Source of the DNA: Camelus dromedarius
Taxonomy: Eukaryota
Assembly (NCBI RefSeq): GCF_036321535.1
Contig: NC_087436.1
Coordinates: 1,178,001 to 1,242,000 of the forward strand
DNA length: 64,000 bases
Reading direction: 5' to 3'
Numbering within the stretch: position 1 is the stretch's first letter; each line of letters starts with the position of its first letter. Under the pieces are notes generated by a model that saw only the letters and a list, made by a program, of their open reading frames with translations, did no database searches and was not told the origin of the DNA. Of this stretch, positions 24,399 through 37,361 are shown one piece after another. The translations under genes were made by a program, and so were the position numbers.

Positions 24399-27300
24399 AT
24401 GTATGGAATGGAGTTTGCAACTGAAAAGAAACTTTATGTTCCCAACAAGCTAGGTGAAGGACGGCTTTCACACACACTTATCTCTCAGAACTGAGCAAGT
24501 GGAGAGACGTTCGTTCATCTAGCACCAAGGGAACGGGTTGCAGGAGACACTTTTTCTCTGCTTTCTCAGTCTTTTTCCTAGTGCCGGTTTGAAGTTCCTG
24601 CAGTTTTCACTTTAAAACCGAGTTGGAGCTAGTACCTACACATATATATGTATGGAATGGAGTTTGCAACTGAAAAGAAACTTTGTGTTCCCAACAAGCT
24701 AGGTGAAGGACGGCTTTCACACACACTTATCTCTCAGAACAGAGCAAGTGGAGAGACGTTCGTTCATCTAGCACCAAGGGAACGGGTTGCAGGAGACACT
24801 TTTTCTCTGCTTCCTCAGTCTGTTTCCTAGTGCCGGTTTGAAATTCCTGCAGTTTTCACTGTAAAACCGAGTTGGAGCTAGTACCTCCCCATATATATGT
24901 ATGGAATGGAGTTTGCAACTGAAAAGAAACTTTGTGTTCCCAACAAGCTAGGTGAAGGATGGCTTTCACACACACTTATCTCTCAGAACTGAGCAAGTGG
25001 AGAGACGTTCGTTCATCTAGCACCAAGGGAACGGGTTGCAGGAGACACTTTTTCTCTGCTTTCTCAGTGTGTTTCCTAGTGCCGGTTTGAAGTTCCTGCA
25101 GTTTTCACTGTCAAACCGAGTTGGAGCTAGTACCTCCCCATATATATGTATGGAATGGAGTTTGCAACTGAAAAGAAACTTTGTGTTCCCAACAAGCTAT
25201 TTGAAGGACGGCTTTCACACACACTTATCTCTCAGAACTGAGCAAGTGGAGAGAAGTTCGTTCATCTAGCACCAAGGGAACGGGTTGCAGTAGGCACTTT
25301 TTCTCTGCTTTCTCAGTCTGTTTCCTAGTGCCGGTTTGAAGTTCCTGCAGTTTTCACTGTCAAACCGAGTTTGAGCTAGTACCTCCCCATATATATGTAT
25401 GGAATTGAGTTGGCAACTGAAAAGAAACTTTGTGTTCCCAACAAGCTAGTTGAAGGACGGCTTTCACACACACTTATCTCTCAGAACTGAGCAAGTGGAG
25501 AGACGTTCGTTCATCTAGCACCAAGGGAACGGGTTGCAGGAGACACTTTTTCTCTGCTTCCTCAGTCTGTTTCCTAGTGCCGGTTTGAAATTCCTGCAGT
25601 TTTCACTGTAAAACCGAGTTGGAGCTAGTACCTCCCCATATATATGTATGGAATGGAGTTTGCAACTGAAAAGAAACTTTGTGTTCCCAACAAGCTAGGT
25701 GAAGGACGGCTTTCACACACACGTATCTCTCAGAACTGAGCAAGTGGAGAGACGTTCGTTCATCTAGCACCAAGGGAACGGGTTGCAGGAGACACTTTTT
25801 CTCTGCTTTCTCAGTCTTTTTCCTAGTGCCGGTTTGAAGTTCCTGCAGTTTTCACTTTAAAACCGAGTTGGAGCTAGTACCTACACATATATATGTATGG
25901 AATGGAGTTTGCAACTGAAAAGAAACTTTGTGTTCCCAACAAGCTAGGTGAAGGACGGCTTTCACACACACTTATCTCTCAGAACAGAGCAAGTGGAGAG
26001 ACGTTCGTTCATCTAGCACCAAGGGAACGGGTTGCAGGAGACACTTTTTCTCTGCTTCCTCAGTCTGTTTCCTAGTGCCGGTTTGAAATTCCTGCAGTTT
26101 TCACTGTAAAACCGAGTTGGAGCTAGTACCTCCCCATATATATGTATGGAATGGAGTTTGCAACTGAAAAGAAACTTTGTGTTCCCAACAAGCTAGGTGA
26201 AGGACGGCTTTCACACACACTTATCTCTCAGAACTGAGCAAGTGGAGAGACGTTCGTTCATCTAGCACCAAGGGAACGGGTTGCAGGAGACACTTTTTCT
26301 CTGCTTTCTCAGTGTGTTTCCTAGTGCCGGTTTGAAGTTCCTGCAGTTTTCACTGTCAAACCGAGTTGGAGCTAGTACCTCCCCATATATATGTATGGAA
26401 TGGAGTTTGCAACTGAAAAGAAACTTTGTGTTCCCAACAAGCTAGTTGAAGGACGGCTTTCACACACACTTATCTCTCAGAACTGAGCAAGTGGAGAGAA
26501 GTTCGTTCATCTAGCACCAAGGGAACGGGTTGCAGGAGACACTTTTTCTCTGCTTTCTCAGTCTGTTTCCTAGTGCCGGTTTGAAGTTCCTGCAGTTTTC
26601 ACTTTAAAACCGAGTTGGAGCTAGTACCTCCCCATATATATGTATGGAATGGAGTTTGCAACTGAAAAGAAACTTTATGTTCCCAACAAGCTAGGTGAAG
26701 GACGGCTTTCACACACACTTATCTCTCAGAACTGAGCAAGTGGAGAGACGTTCGTTCATCTAGCACCAAGGGAACGGGTTGCAGGAGACACTTTTTCTCT
26801 GCTTTCTCAGTCTTTTTCCTAGTGCCGGTTTGAAGTTCCTGCAGTTTTCACTTTAAAACCGAGTTGGAGCTAGTACCTACACATATATATGTATGGAATG
26901 GAGTTTGCAACTGAAAAGAAACTTTGTGTTCCCAACAAGCTAGGTGAAGGACGGCTTTCACACACACTTATCTCTCAGAACAGAGCAAGTGGAGAGACGT
27001 TCGTTCATCTAGCACCAAGGGAACGGGTTGCAGGAGACACTTTTTCTCTGCTTCCTCAGTCTGTTTCCTAGTGCCGGTTTGAAATTCCTGCAGTTTTCAC
27101 TGTAAAACCGAGTTGGAGCTAGTATCTCCCCATATATATGTATGGAATGGAGTTTGCAACTGAAAAGAAACTTTGTGTTCCCAACAAGCTAGGTGAAGGA
27201 CGGCTTTCACACACACTTATCTCTCAGAACTGAGCAAGTGGAGAGACGTTCGTTCATCTAGCACCAAGGGAACGGGTTGCAGGAGACACTTTTTCTCTGC

Positions 27301-28821
27301 TTTCTCAGTGTGTTTCCTAGTGCCGGTTTGAAGTTCCTGCAGTTTTCACTGTCAAACCGAGTTGGAGCTAGTACCTCCCCATATATATGTATGGAATGGA
27401 GTTTGCAACTGAAAAGAAACTTTGTGTTCCCAACAAGCTATTTGAAGGACGGCTTTCACACACACTTATCTCTCAGAACTGAGCAAGTGGAGAGAAGTTC
27501 GTTCATCTAGCACCAAGGGAACGGGTTGCAGTAGGCACTTTTTCTCTGCTTTCTCAGTCTGTTTCCTAGTGCCGGTTTGAAGTTCCTGCAGTTTTCACTG
27601 TCAAACCGAGTTTGAGCTAGTACCTCCCCATATATATGTATGGAATTGAGTTGGCAACTGAAAAGAAACTTTGTGTTCCCAACAAGCTAGTTGAAGGACG
27701 GCTTTCACACACACTTATCTCTCAGAACTGAGCAAGTGGAGAGACGTTCGTTCATCTAGCACCAAGGGAACGGGTTGCAGGAGACACTTTTTCTCTGCTT
27801 CCTCAGTCTGTTTCCTAGTGCCGGTTTGAAATTCCTGCAGTTTTCACTGTAAAACCGAGTTGGAGCTAGTACCTCCCCATATATATGTATGGAATGGAGT
27901 TTGCAACTGAAAAGAAACTTTGTGTTCCCAACAAGCTAGGTGAAGGACGGCTTTCACACACACGTATCTCTCAGAACTGAGCAAGTGGAGAGACGTTCGT
28001 TCATCTAGCACCAAGGGAACGGGTTGCAGGAGACACTTTTTCTCTGCTTTCTCAGTCTTTTTCCTAGTGCCGGTTTGAAGTTCCTGCAGTTTTCACTTTA
28101 AAACCGAGTTGGAGCTAGTACCTACACATATATATGTATGGAATGGAGTTTGCAACTGAAAAGAAACTTTGTGTTCCCAACAAGCTAGGTGAAGGACGGC
28201 TTTCACACACACTTATCTCTCAGAACAGAGCAAGTGGAGAGACGTTCGTTCATCTAGCACCAAGGGAACGGGTTGCAGGAGACACTTTTTCTCTGCTTCC
28301 TCAGTCTGTTTCCTAGTGCCGGTTTGAAATTCCTGCAGTTTTCACTGTAAAACCGAGTTGGAGCTAGTACCTCCCCATATATATGTATGGAATGGAGTTT
28401 GCAACTGAAAAGAAACTTTGTGTTCCCAACAAGCTAGGTGAAGGACGGCTTTCACACACACTTATCTCTCAGAACTGAGCAAGTGGAGAGACGTTCGTTC
28501 ATCTAGCACCAAGGGAACGGGTTGCAGGAGACACTTTTTCTCTGCTTTCTCAGTGTGTTTCCTAGTGCCGGTTTGAAGTTCCTGCAGTTTTCACTGTCAA
28601 ACCGAGTTGGAGCTAGTACCTCCCCATATATATGTATGGAATGGAGTTTGCAACTGAAAAGAAACTTTGTGTTCCCAACAAGCTAGTTGAAGGACGGCTT
28701 TCACACACACTTATCTCTCAGAACTGAGCAAGTGGAGAGAAGTTCGTTCATCTAGCACCAAGGGAACGGGTTGCAGGAGACACTTTTTCTCTGCTTTCTC
28801 AGTCTGTTTCCTAGTGCCGGT
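24340..28821 (+). repeat. Tandem duplication of a 9-monomer unit (2241 bp x2)
   Basis: Rare variants ACTTTATGTT, GCTATTTGAA, GCAGTAGGCAC and CACGTATC recur at +2241. ORF pairs 24648/26889, 25036/27277 and 25893/28134. Boundaries are approximate. Confidence 0.92.
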
Positions 28822-30121
28822 TTGAAGTTCCTGCAGTTTTCACTGTCAAACCGAGTTGGAGCTAGTACCTCCCCATATATATGTATGGAATTGAGTTGGC
28901 AACTGAAAAGAAACTTTGTGTTCCCAACAAGCTAGTTGAAGGACGGCTTTCACACACACTTAACTCTCAGAACTGAGCAAGTGGAGAGACGTTCGTTCAT
29001 CTAGCACCAAGGGAACGGGTTGCAGGAGACACTTTTTCTCTGCTTCCTCAGTCTGTTTCCTAGTGCCGGTTTGAAATTCCTGCAGTTTTCACTGTAAAAC
29101 CGAGTTGGAGCTAGTACCTCCCCATATATATGTATGGAATGGAGTTTGCAACTGAAAAGAAACTTTGTGTTCCCAACAAGCTAGGTGAAGGACGGCTTTC
29201 ACACACACTTATCTCTCAGAACTGAGCAAGTGGAGAGACGTTCGTTCATCTAGCACCAAGGGAACGGGTTGCAGGAGACACTTTTTCTCTGCTTAGTCTG
29301 TTTCCTAGTGCCTGTTTGAAGTTCCTGCAGTTTTCACTGTCAAACCGAGTTGGAGCTAGTACCTCCCGATATATATGTATGGAATGGAGTTTGCAACTGA
29401 AAAGAAACTTTGTGTTCCCAACAAGATAGGTGAAGGACGGCTTTCACACACACTTATCTCTCAGAAATGAGCAAGTGGAGAGACGTTCGTTCATCTAGCA
29501 CCAAGGGAACGGGTAGCAGGAGACACTTTTTCTCTGCTTTCTCAGTCTGTTTCCTAGTGCCGGTTTGAAGTTCCTGCAGTTTTCACTGTAAAACCGAGTT
29601 GGAGCTAGTACCTCCCCATATATATGTATGGAATGGAGTTTGCAACTGAAAAGAAACTTTGTGTTCCCAACAAGCTAGGTGAAGGACGGCTTTCACACAC
29701 ACTTATCTCTCAGAACTGAGCAAGTGGAGAGACGTTTGTTCATCTAGCAGCAAGGGAACGGTTTGCAGGAGACACTTTTTCTCTGCTTTCTCAGTCTGTT
29801 TCCAAGTGCCGGTTTACAGTTCCTGCAGTTTTCACTGTCAAACCGAGTTGGAGCTAGTACCTCCCCATATATATGTATGGAATTGAGTTGGCAACTCTAA
29901 AGAAACTTTGTGTTCCCAACAAGCTAGGTGAAGGACGGCTTTCACACACATATATCTCTCAGAACTGAGCAAGTGGAGAGACGTTCTTTCATGTAGCACC
30001 AAGGGAACGGGTTGCAGGAGACACTTTTTCTCTGCTTCCTCAGTCTGTTTCCTAGTGCCGGTTTGAAGTTCCTGCAGTTTTCACTGTAAAACCGAGTTGG
30101 AGCTTGTACCTCCCCATATAT

Positions 30122-30868
30122 ATGTATGGAATGGAGTTTGCAACTGAAAAGAAACTTTGTGTTCCCAACAAGCTAGGTGAAGGACGGCTTTCACACACAC
30201 TTATCTCTCAGAACTGATCAAGTGGAGAGACGTTCGTTCATCTAGCACCAAGGGAACGGGTGGCAGGAGACACTTTTTCTCTGCTTTCTCAGTCTGTTTC
30301 CTAGTGCCGGTTTGAAGTTCCTGCAGTTTTCACTGTAAAACAGAGTTGGAGCTTCTACCTCCCCATATATATGTATGGAATGGAGTTTGCAACTGAAAAG
30401 AAACTTTGTGTTCCCAACAAGCTAGGTGAAGGACGGCTTTCACACACACTTATCTCTCAGAACTGATCAAGTGGAGAGACGTTCGTTCATCTAGCACCAA
30501 GGGAACGGGTGGCAGGAGACACTTTTTCTCTGCTTTCTCAGTCTGTTTCCTAGTGCCGGTTTGAAGTTCCTGCAGTTTTCACTGTAAAACAGAGTTGGAG
30601 CTTCTACCTCCCCATATATATGTATGGAATGGAGTTTGCAACTGAAAAGAAACTTTGTGTTCCCAACAAGCTAGGTGAAGGACGGCTTTCACACACACTT
30701 ATCTCTCAGAACTGATCAAGTGGAGAGACGTTCGTTCATCTAGCACCAAGGGAACGGGTGGCAGGAGACACTTTTTCTCTGCTTTCTCAGTCTGTTTCCT
30801 AGTGCCGGTTTGAAGTTCCAGCAGTTTTCATTGTGAAACCGAGTTGGAGCTAGTACCTCCCCATATAT
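30122..30868 (+). repeat. Single-monomer triplication
   Basis: Three adjacent monomers (30122, 30371, 30620) share CTGATCA and the otherwise unseen ACGGGTGGC. The first two also share AAAACAGAG. Confidence 0.88.
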
Positions 30869-33800
30869 ATGTATGGAATGGAGTTTGCAACTGAAAAGAA
30901 ACTTTGTGTTCCCAACAAGCTAGTTGAAGGACGGCTTTCACACACACATATCTCTCAGAACTGAGCAAGTGGAGAGACGTTCGTTCATCTAGCAGCAAGG
31001 GAACGGGTTGCAGGAGACACTTTTTCTCTGCTTTCTCAGTCTGTTTCCTAGTGCCGGTTTGAAGTTCCTGCAGTTTTCACTGTAAAACCGAGCTGGAGCT
31101 TCTACCTCCCCATATATATGTATGGAATGGAGTTTGCAACTGAAAAGAAACTTTGTGTTCCCAACAAGCTAGGTGAAGGACGGCTTTCACACACACTTAT
31201 CTCTCAGAACAGAGCAAGTGGAGAGACGTTCGTTCATCTAGCATCAAGGGAACGGGTTGCAGGAGACACTTTTTCTCTGCTTTCTCAGTCTGTTTCCTAG
31301 TGCCGGTTTGAAGTTCCTGCAGTTTTCATTGTGAAACCGAGTTGAAGCTAGTACCTCCCCATATATATGTATGGAATGGAGTTTGCAACTGAAAAGAAAC
31401 TTTGTGTTCCCAACAAGCTAGTTGAAGGACGGCTTTCACACACACATATCTCTCAGAACTGAGCAAGTGGAGAGACGTTCGTTCATCTAGCACCAAGGGA
31501 ACGGGTTGCAGGTGACACTTTTTCTCTGCTTCCTCAGTCTGTTTCCTAGTGCCGGTTTGAAGTTCGTGCAGTTTTCACTGTAAAACCGAGTTGGAGCTTG
31601 TACCTCCCCATATATATGTATGGAATGGAGTTTGCAACTGAAAAGAAACTTTGTGTTCCCAACAAGCTAGGTGAAGGACGGCTTTCACACACACTTATCT
31701 CTCAGAAATGAGCAAGTGGAGAGACGTTCGTTCATCCAGCACCAAGGGAACGGGTTGCAGGAGACACGTTTTCTCTGCTTTCTCAGTCTGTTTCCTAGTG
31801 CCGGTTTGAAGTTCCTGCAGTTATCACTGTAAAACCGAGTTGGAGCTTGTACCTCCCCATATATATGTATGGAATGGAGTTTGCAACTGAAAAGAAACTT
31901 TGTGTTCCCAACAAGCTAGGTGAAGGACGGCTTTCACACACACTTATCTCTCAGAACTGAGCAAGTGGAGAGACGTTCGTTCATCTAGCACCAAGGGAAC
32001 GGGTTGCAGGAGACACTTTTTCTCTGCTTTCTCAGTGTGTTTCCTAGTGCCGGTTTGAAGTTCCTGCAGTTTTCACTGTAAAACCGAGTTGGAGCTAGTA
32101 CCTCCCCATATATATGTATGGAATGGAGTTTGCAACTGAAAAGAAACTTTGTGTTCCCAACAAGCTAGTTGAAGGACGGCTTTCACACACACTTATCTCT
32201 CAGAACTGAGCAAGTGGAGAGAAGTTCGTTCATCTAGCACCAAGGGAACGGGTTGCAGGAGACACTTTTTCTCTGCTTTCTCAGTCTGTTTCCTAGTGCC
32301 GGTTTGAAGTTCCTGCAGTTTTCACTGTCAAAACGAGTTGGAGCTAGTACCTCCCCATATATATGTATGGAATTGAGTTGGCAACTGAAAAGAAACTTTG
32401 TGTTCCCAACAAGCTAGTTGAAGGACGGCTTTCACACACACTTATCTCTCAGAACTGAGCAAGTGGAGAGACGTTCGTTCATCTAGCACCAAGGGAACGG
32501 GTTGCAGGAGACACTTTTTCTCTGCTTCCTCAGTCTGTTTCCTAGTGCCGGTTTGAAATTCCTTCAGTTTTCACTGTAAAACCGAGTTGGAGCTAGTACC
32601 TCCCCATATATATGTATGGAATGGAGTTTGCAACTGAAAAGAAACTTTGTGTTCCCAACAAGCTAGGTGAAGGACGGCTTTCACACACACTTATCTCTCA
32701 GAACTGAGCAAGTGGAGAGACTTTCGTTCATCTAGCACCAAGGGAACGGGTTGCAGGAGACACTTTTTCTCTGCTTTCTCAGTCTGTTTCCTAGTGCCTG
32801 TTTGAAGTTCCTGCAGTTTTCACTGTCGAACCGAGTTGGTGCTAGTACCTCCCCATATATATGTATGGAATGGAGTTTGCAACTGAAAAGAAACTTTGTG
32901 TTCCCAACCAGCTAGGTGAAGGACGGCTTTCACACACACTTATCTCTCAGAACTGAGCAAGTGGAGAGACGTTCGTTCATCTAGCACCAAGGGAACGGGT
33001 TGCAGGAGACACTTTTTCTCTGCTTTCTCAGTCTGTTTCCTAGTGCCGGTTTGAAGTTCCTGCAGTTTTCACTGTCAAACCGAGTTGGAGCTAGTTCCTC
33101 CCCATATATATGTATGGAATGGAGTTTGCAACTGAAAAGAAACTTTGTGGTCCCAGGAAGCTAGGTGAAGTGCGGCTTTCACACACACTTATCTCTCAGA
33201 ACTGAGCAAGTGGAGATGCGTTCGTTCATCTAGCACCAAGGGAACGGGTTGCAGGGGACACTTTTTCTCTGCTTTCTCAGTCTGTTTCCTAGTGCCGGTT
33301 TGAAGTACCTGCAGTTTTCACTGTCGAACCGAGTTGTTGCTAGTACCTCCCCATATATATGTATGGAATGGAGTTTGCAACTGAAAAGAAACTTTGTGTT
33401 CCCCACAAGCTAGTTGAAGGACGGCTTTCACACACACTTATCTCTCAGAACAGAGCAAGTGGAGAGACGTTCGTTCATCTAACACAAAGCGAACGGGTTG
33501 CAGGAGACACTTTTTCTCTGCTTTCTCAGTCTGTTTATTAGTGCCGGTTTGAAGTTCCTGCAGTTTTCACTGTCAAACCGAGTTTGAGCTAGTTCCTCCC
33601 AATATATATTTATGGAATGGAGTTTGCAACTGAAAAGAAACTTTGTGTTCCCAACAAGCTAGGTGAAGGACGGCTTTCAGTCACACTTATCTCTCAGAAC
33701 TGTGCAAGTGGAGAGACGTTCGTTCATCTAGCACCAAGGGAACGGGTTGCAGGAGACACTTTTTCTCTGCTTTCTCAGTCTGTTACCTAGTGCCGTTTTG

Positions 33801-36800
33801 AAGTTCCTGCAGTTTTCACTTTAAAACCGAGTTGGAGCTAGTACCTCCCCATATATATGTATGGAATGGAGTTTGCAACTGAAAAGAAACTTTGTGTTCC
33901 CAACAAGCTAGGTGAAGGACGGCTTTCACACACACTTATCTCTCAGAACTGAGCAAGTGGAGAGACGTTCGTTCATCTAGCACCAAGGGAACGGGTTGCA
34001 GGAGACACTTTTTCTCTGCTTTCTCAGTCTTTTTCCTAGTGTCGGTTTGAAGTTCCTGCAGTTTTCACTTTAAAACCGAGTTGGAGCTAGTACCTCCCCA
34101 TATATATGTATGGAATGGAGTTTGCAACTGAAAAGAAACTTTGTGTTCCCAACAAGCTAGGTGAAGGACGGCTTTCACACACACTTATCTCTCAGAACAG
34201 AGCAAGTGGAGAGACGTTCGTTCATCTAGCACCAAGGGAACGGGTTGCAGGAGACACTTTTTCTCTGCTTTCTCAGTCTGTTTCCTAGTGCCGGTTTTAA
34301 GTTCCTGCAGTTTTCACTGTCAAACCGAGTTGGAGCTTGTTCCTCCCCATATATATGTATGGAATGGAGTTTGCAACTGAAAAGAAACTTTGTGTTCCCA
34401 ACAAGCTAGTTGAAGGACGGCTTTCACACACACTTAACTCTCAGAACTGAGCAAGTGGAGAGACGTTCGTTCATCTAGCACCAAGGGAACGGGTTGCAGG
34501 AGACACTTTTTCTCTGCTTCCTCAGTCTGTTTCCTAGTGCCGGTTTGAAGTTCCTGCAGTTTTCACTGTAAAACCGAGTTGGAGCTAGTACCTCACCATA
34601 TATATGTATGGAATGGAGTTTGCAACTGAAAAGAAACTTTGTGTTCCCAACAAGCTAGGTGAAGGACGGCTTTCACACACACTTATCTCTCAGAACTGAG
34701 CAAGTGGAGAGACGTTCGTTCATCTAGCACCAAGGGAACGGGTTGCAGGAGACACTTTTTCTCTGCTTTCTCAGTCTGTTTCCTAGTGCCGGTTTGAAGT
34801 TCCTGCAGTTTTCACTGTCAAACCGAGTTGGAGCTAGTTCCTCCCCATATATATTTATGGAATGTAGTTTGCAACTGATAACAAACTTTGTGTTCCCAAC
34901 AAGCTAGGTGAAGGACGGCTTTCACACACAATTATCTCTCAGAAATGAGCAAGTGGAGAGACGTTCGTTCATCTAGCACCAAGGGAACGGGTAGCAGGAG
35001 ACACTTTTTCTCTGCTTTCTCAGTCTGTTTCCTAGTGCCGGTTTGAAGTTCCTGCAGTTTTCACTGTAAAACCGAGTTGGAGCTAGTACCTCCCCATATA
35101 TATGTATGGAATGGAGTTTGCAACTGAAAAGAAACTTTGTGTTCCCAACAAGCTAGGTGAAGGACGGCTTTCACACACACTTATCTCTCAGAACTGAGCA
35201 GGTGGAGAGACGTTCGTTCATCTAGCAGCAAGGGAACGGGTTGCAGGAGACACTTTTTCTCTGCTTTCTCAGTCTGTTTCCAAGTGCCGGTTTAAAGTTC
35301 CTGCAGTTTTCACTGTCAAACCGAGTTGGAGCTAGTACCTCCCCATATATATGTATGGAATTGAGTTGGCAACTGAAAAGAAACTTTGTGTTCCCAACAA
35401 GCTAGGTGAAGGACGGCTTTCACACACACTTATCTCTCAGAACTGAGCAAGTGGAGAGACGTTCTTTCATGTAGCACCAAGGGAACGGGTTGCAGGAGAC
35501 ACTTTTTCTCTGCTTTCTCAGTCTGTTTCCTAGTGCCGGTTTGAAGTTCCTGCAGTTTTCACTGTAAAACGGACTTGGAGCTAGTACATTCCTATATATA
35601 TGTATGGAATGGAGTTTGCAACTGAAAAGAAACTTTGTGTTCCCAACAAGCTAGGTGAAGGACGGCTTTCACACACACTTATCTCTCAGAACTGAGCAAG
35701 TGGAGAGACGTTCGTTCATGTAGCACAAAGGGAACGGGTTGCAGGAGACACTTTTTCTCTGCTTTCTCAGTCTGTTTCCTAGTGCCGTTTTTAAGTTCCT
35801 GCAGTTTTCACTGTAAAACCGAGTTGGAGCTTCTACCTCCCCATATATATGTATGGAATGGAGTTTGCAACTGAAAAGAAACTTTGTGTTCCCAACAAGC
35901 AAGGTGAAGGACGGCTTTCACACACACACATCTCTCAGAACTGAGCAAGTGGAGAGACGTTCGTTCATCTAGCACCAAGGGAACGGGTAGCAGAAGACAC
36001 TTTATCTCTGCTTTCTCAGTCTGTTTCCTAGTGCCGGTTTAAATTTCCTGCAGTTTTCACTGTAAAACCGAGTTGGAGCTAGTACCTCCCCATATATATG
36101 TATGGAATGGAGTTTGCAACTGAAAAGAAACTTTGTGTTCCCAACAAGCTAGGTGAAGGACGGCTTTCACACACACTTATCTCTCAGAACTGAGCAAGTG
36201 GAGAGACGTTCGTTCATCTAGCACCAAGGGAACGGGTTGCAGGAGACACTTTTTCTCTGCTTTCTCAGTGTGTTTCCTAGTGCCGGTTTGAAGTTCCTGC
36301 AGTTTTCACTGTAAAACCGAGTTGGAGCTAGTACCTCCCCATATATATGTATGGAATGGAGTTTGCAACTGAAAAGAAACTTTGTGTTCCCAACAAGCTA
36401 GGTGAAGGACGGCTTTCACACACACATATCTCTCAGGACTGAGCAAGTGGAGAGACGTTCTTTCATGTATCACCAAGGGAAAGGGTTGCAGGAGACACTT
36501 TTTCTCTGCTTCCTCAGTCTGTTTCCTAGTGCCGGTTTGAAGTTCCTGCAGTATTCACTGTAAAACCGAGTTGGAGCTTGTACCTCCCCATATATATGTA
36601 TGGAATGGAGTTTGCAACTGAAAAGAAACTTTGTGTTCCCAACAAGCTAGGTGAAGGACGGCTTTCACACTCACTTATCTCTCAGAACTGAGCAAGTGGA
36701 GAGACTTTCGTTCATGTAGCACAAAGGGAACGGGTTGCAGGAGACACTTTTTCTCTGCTTTCTCAGTCTGTTTCCTAGTGCCGGTTTGAAGTTCCTGCAG

Positions 36801-37361
36801 TTTTCACTCTCAAACCGAGTTGGAGCTAGTACCTCCCCATATATATGTATGGAATTGAGTTGGCAACTGAAAAGAAACTTTGTGTTCCCAACAATCTAAG
36901 TGAAGGACGGCTTTCACACTCACTTATCTCTCAGAACTGAGCAAGTGGAGAGACGTTCTTTCATGTAGCACCAAGGGAACGGGTTGCAGGAGACAATTTT
37001 TCTCTGCTTCCTCAGTCTGTTTCCTAGTGCCGGTTTGAAGTTCCTGCAGTTTTCACTGTAAAACCGAGTTGCAGCTTCTACCTCCCCATATATATGTATG
37101 GAATGGAGTTTGCAACTGAAAAGAAACTTTGTGTTCCCAACAAGCTAGGTGAAGGACGGCTTTCACACACACTTATCTCTCAGAACTGAGCAAGTGGAGA
37201 GACGTTCGTTCATCTAGCACCAAGGGAACGGGTTGCAGGAGACACTTTTTCTCTGCTTTCTCAGTCTGTTTCCTAGTGCCGGTTTGAAGTTCCTGCAGTT
37301 TTCACTGTCAAACCGAGTTGGAGCTTCTACCTCCCCATATATATGTATGGAATGGAGTTTG

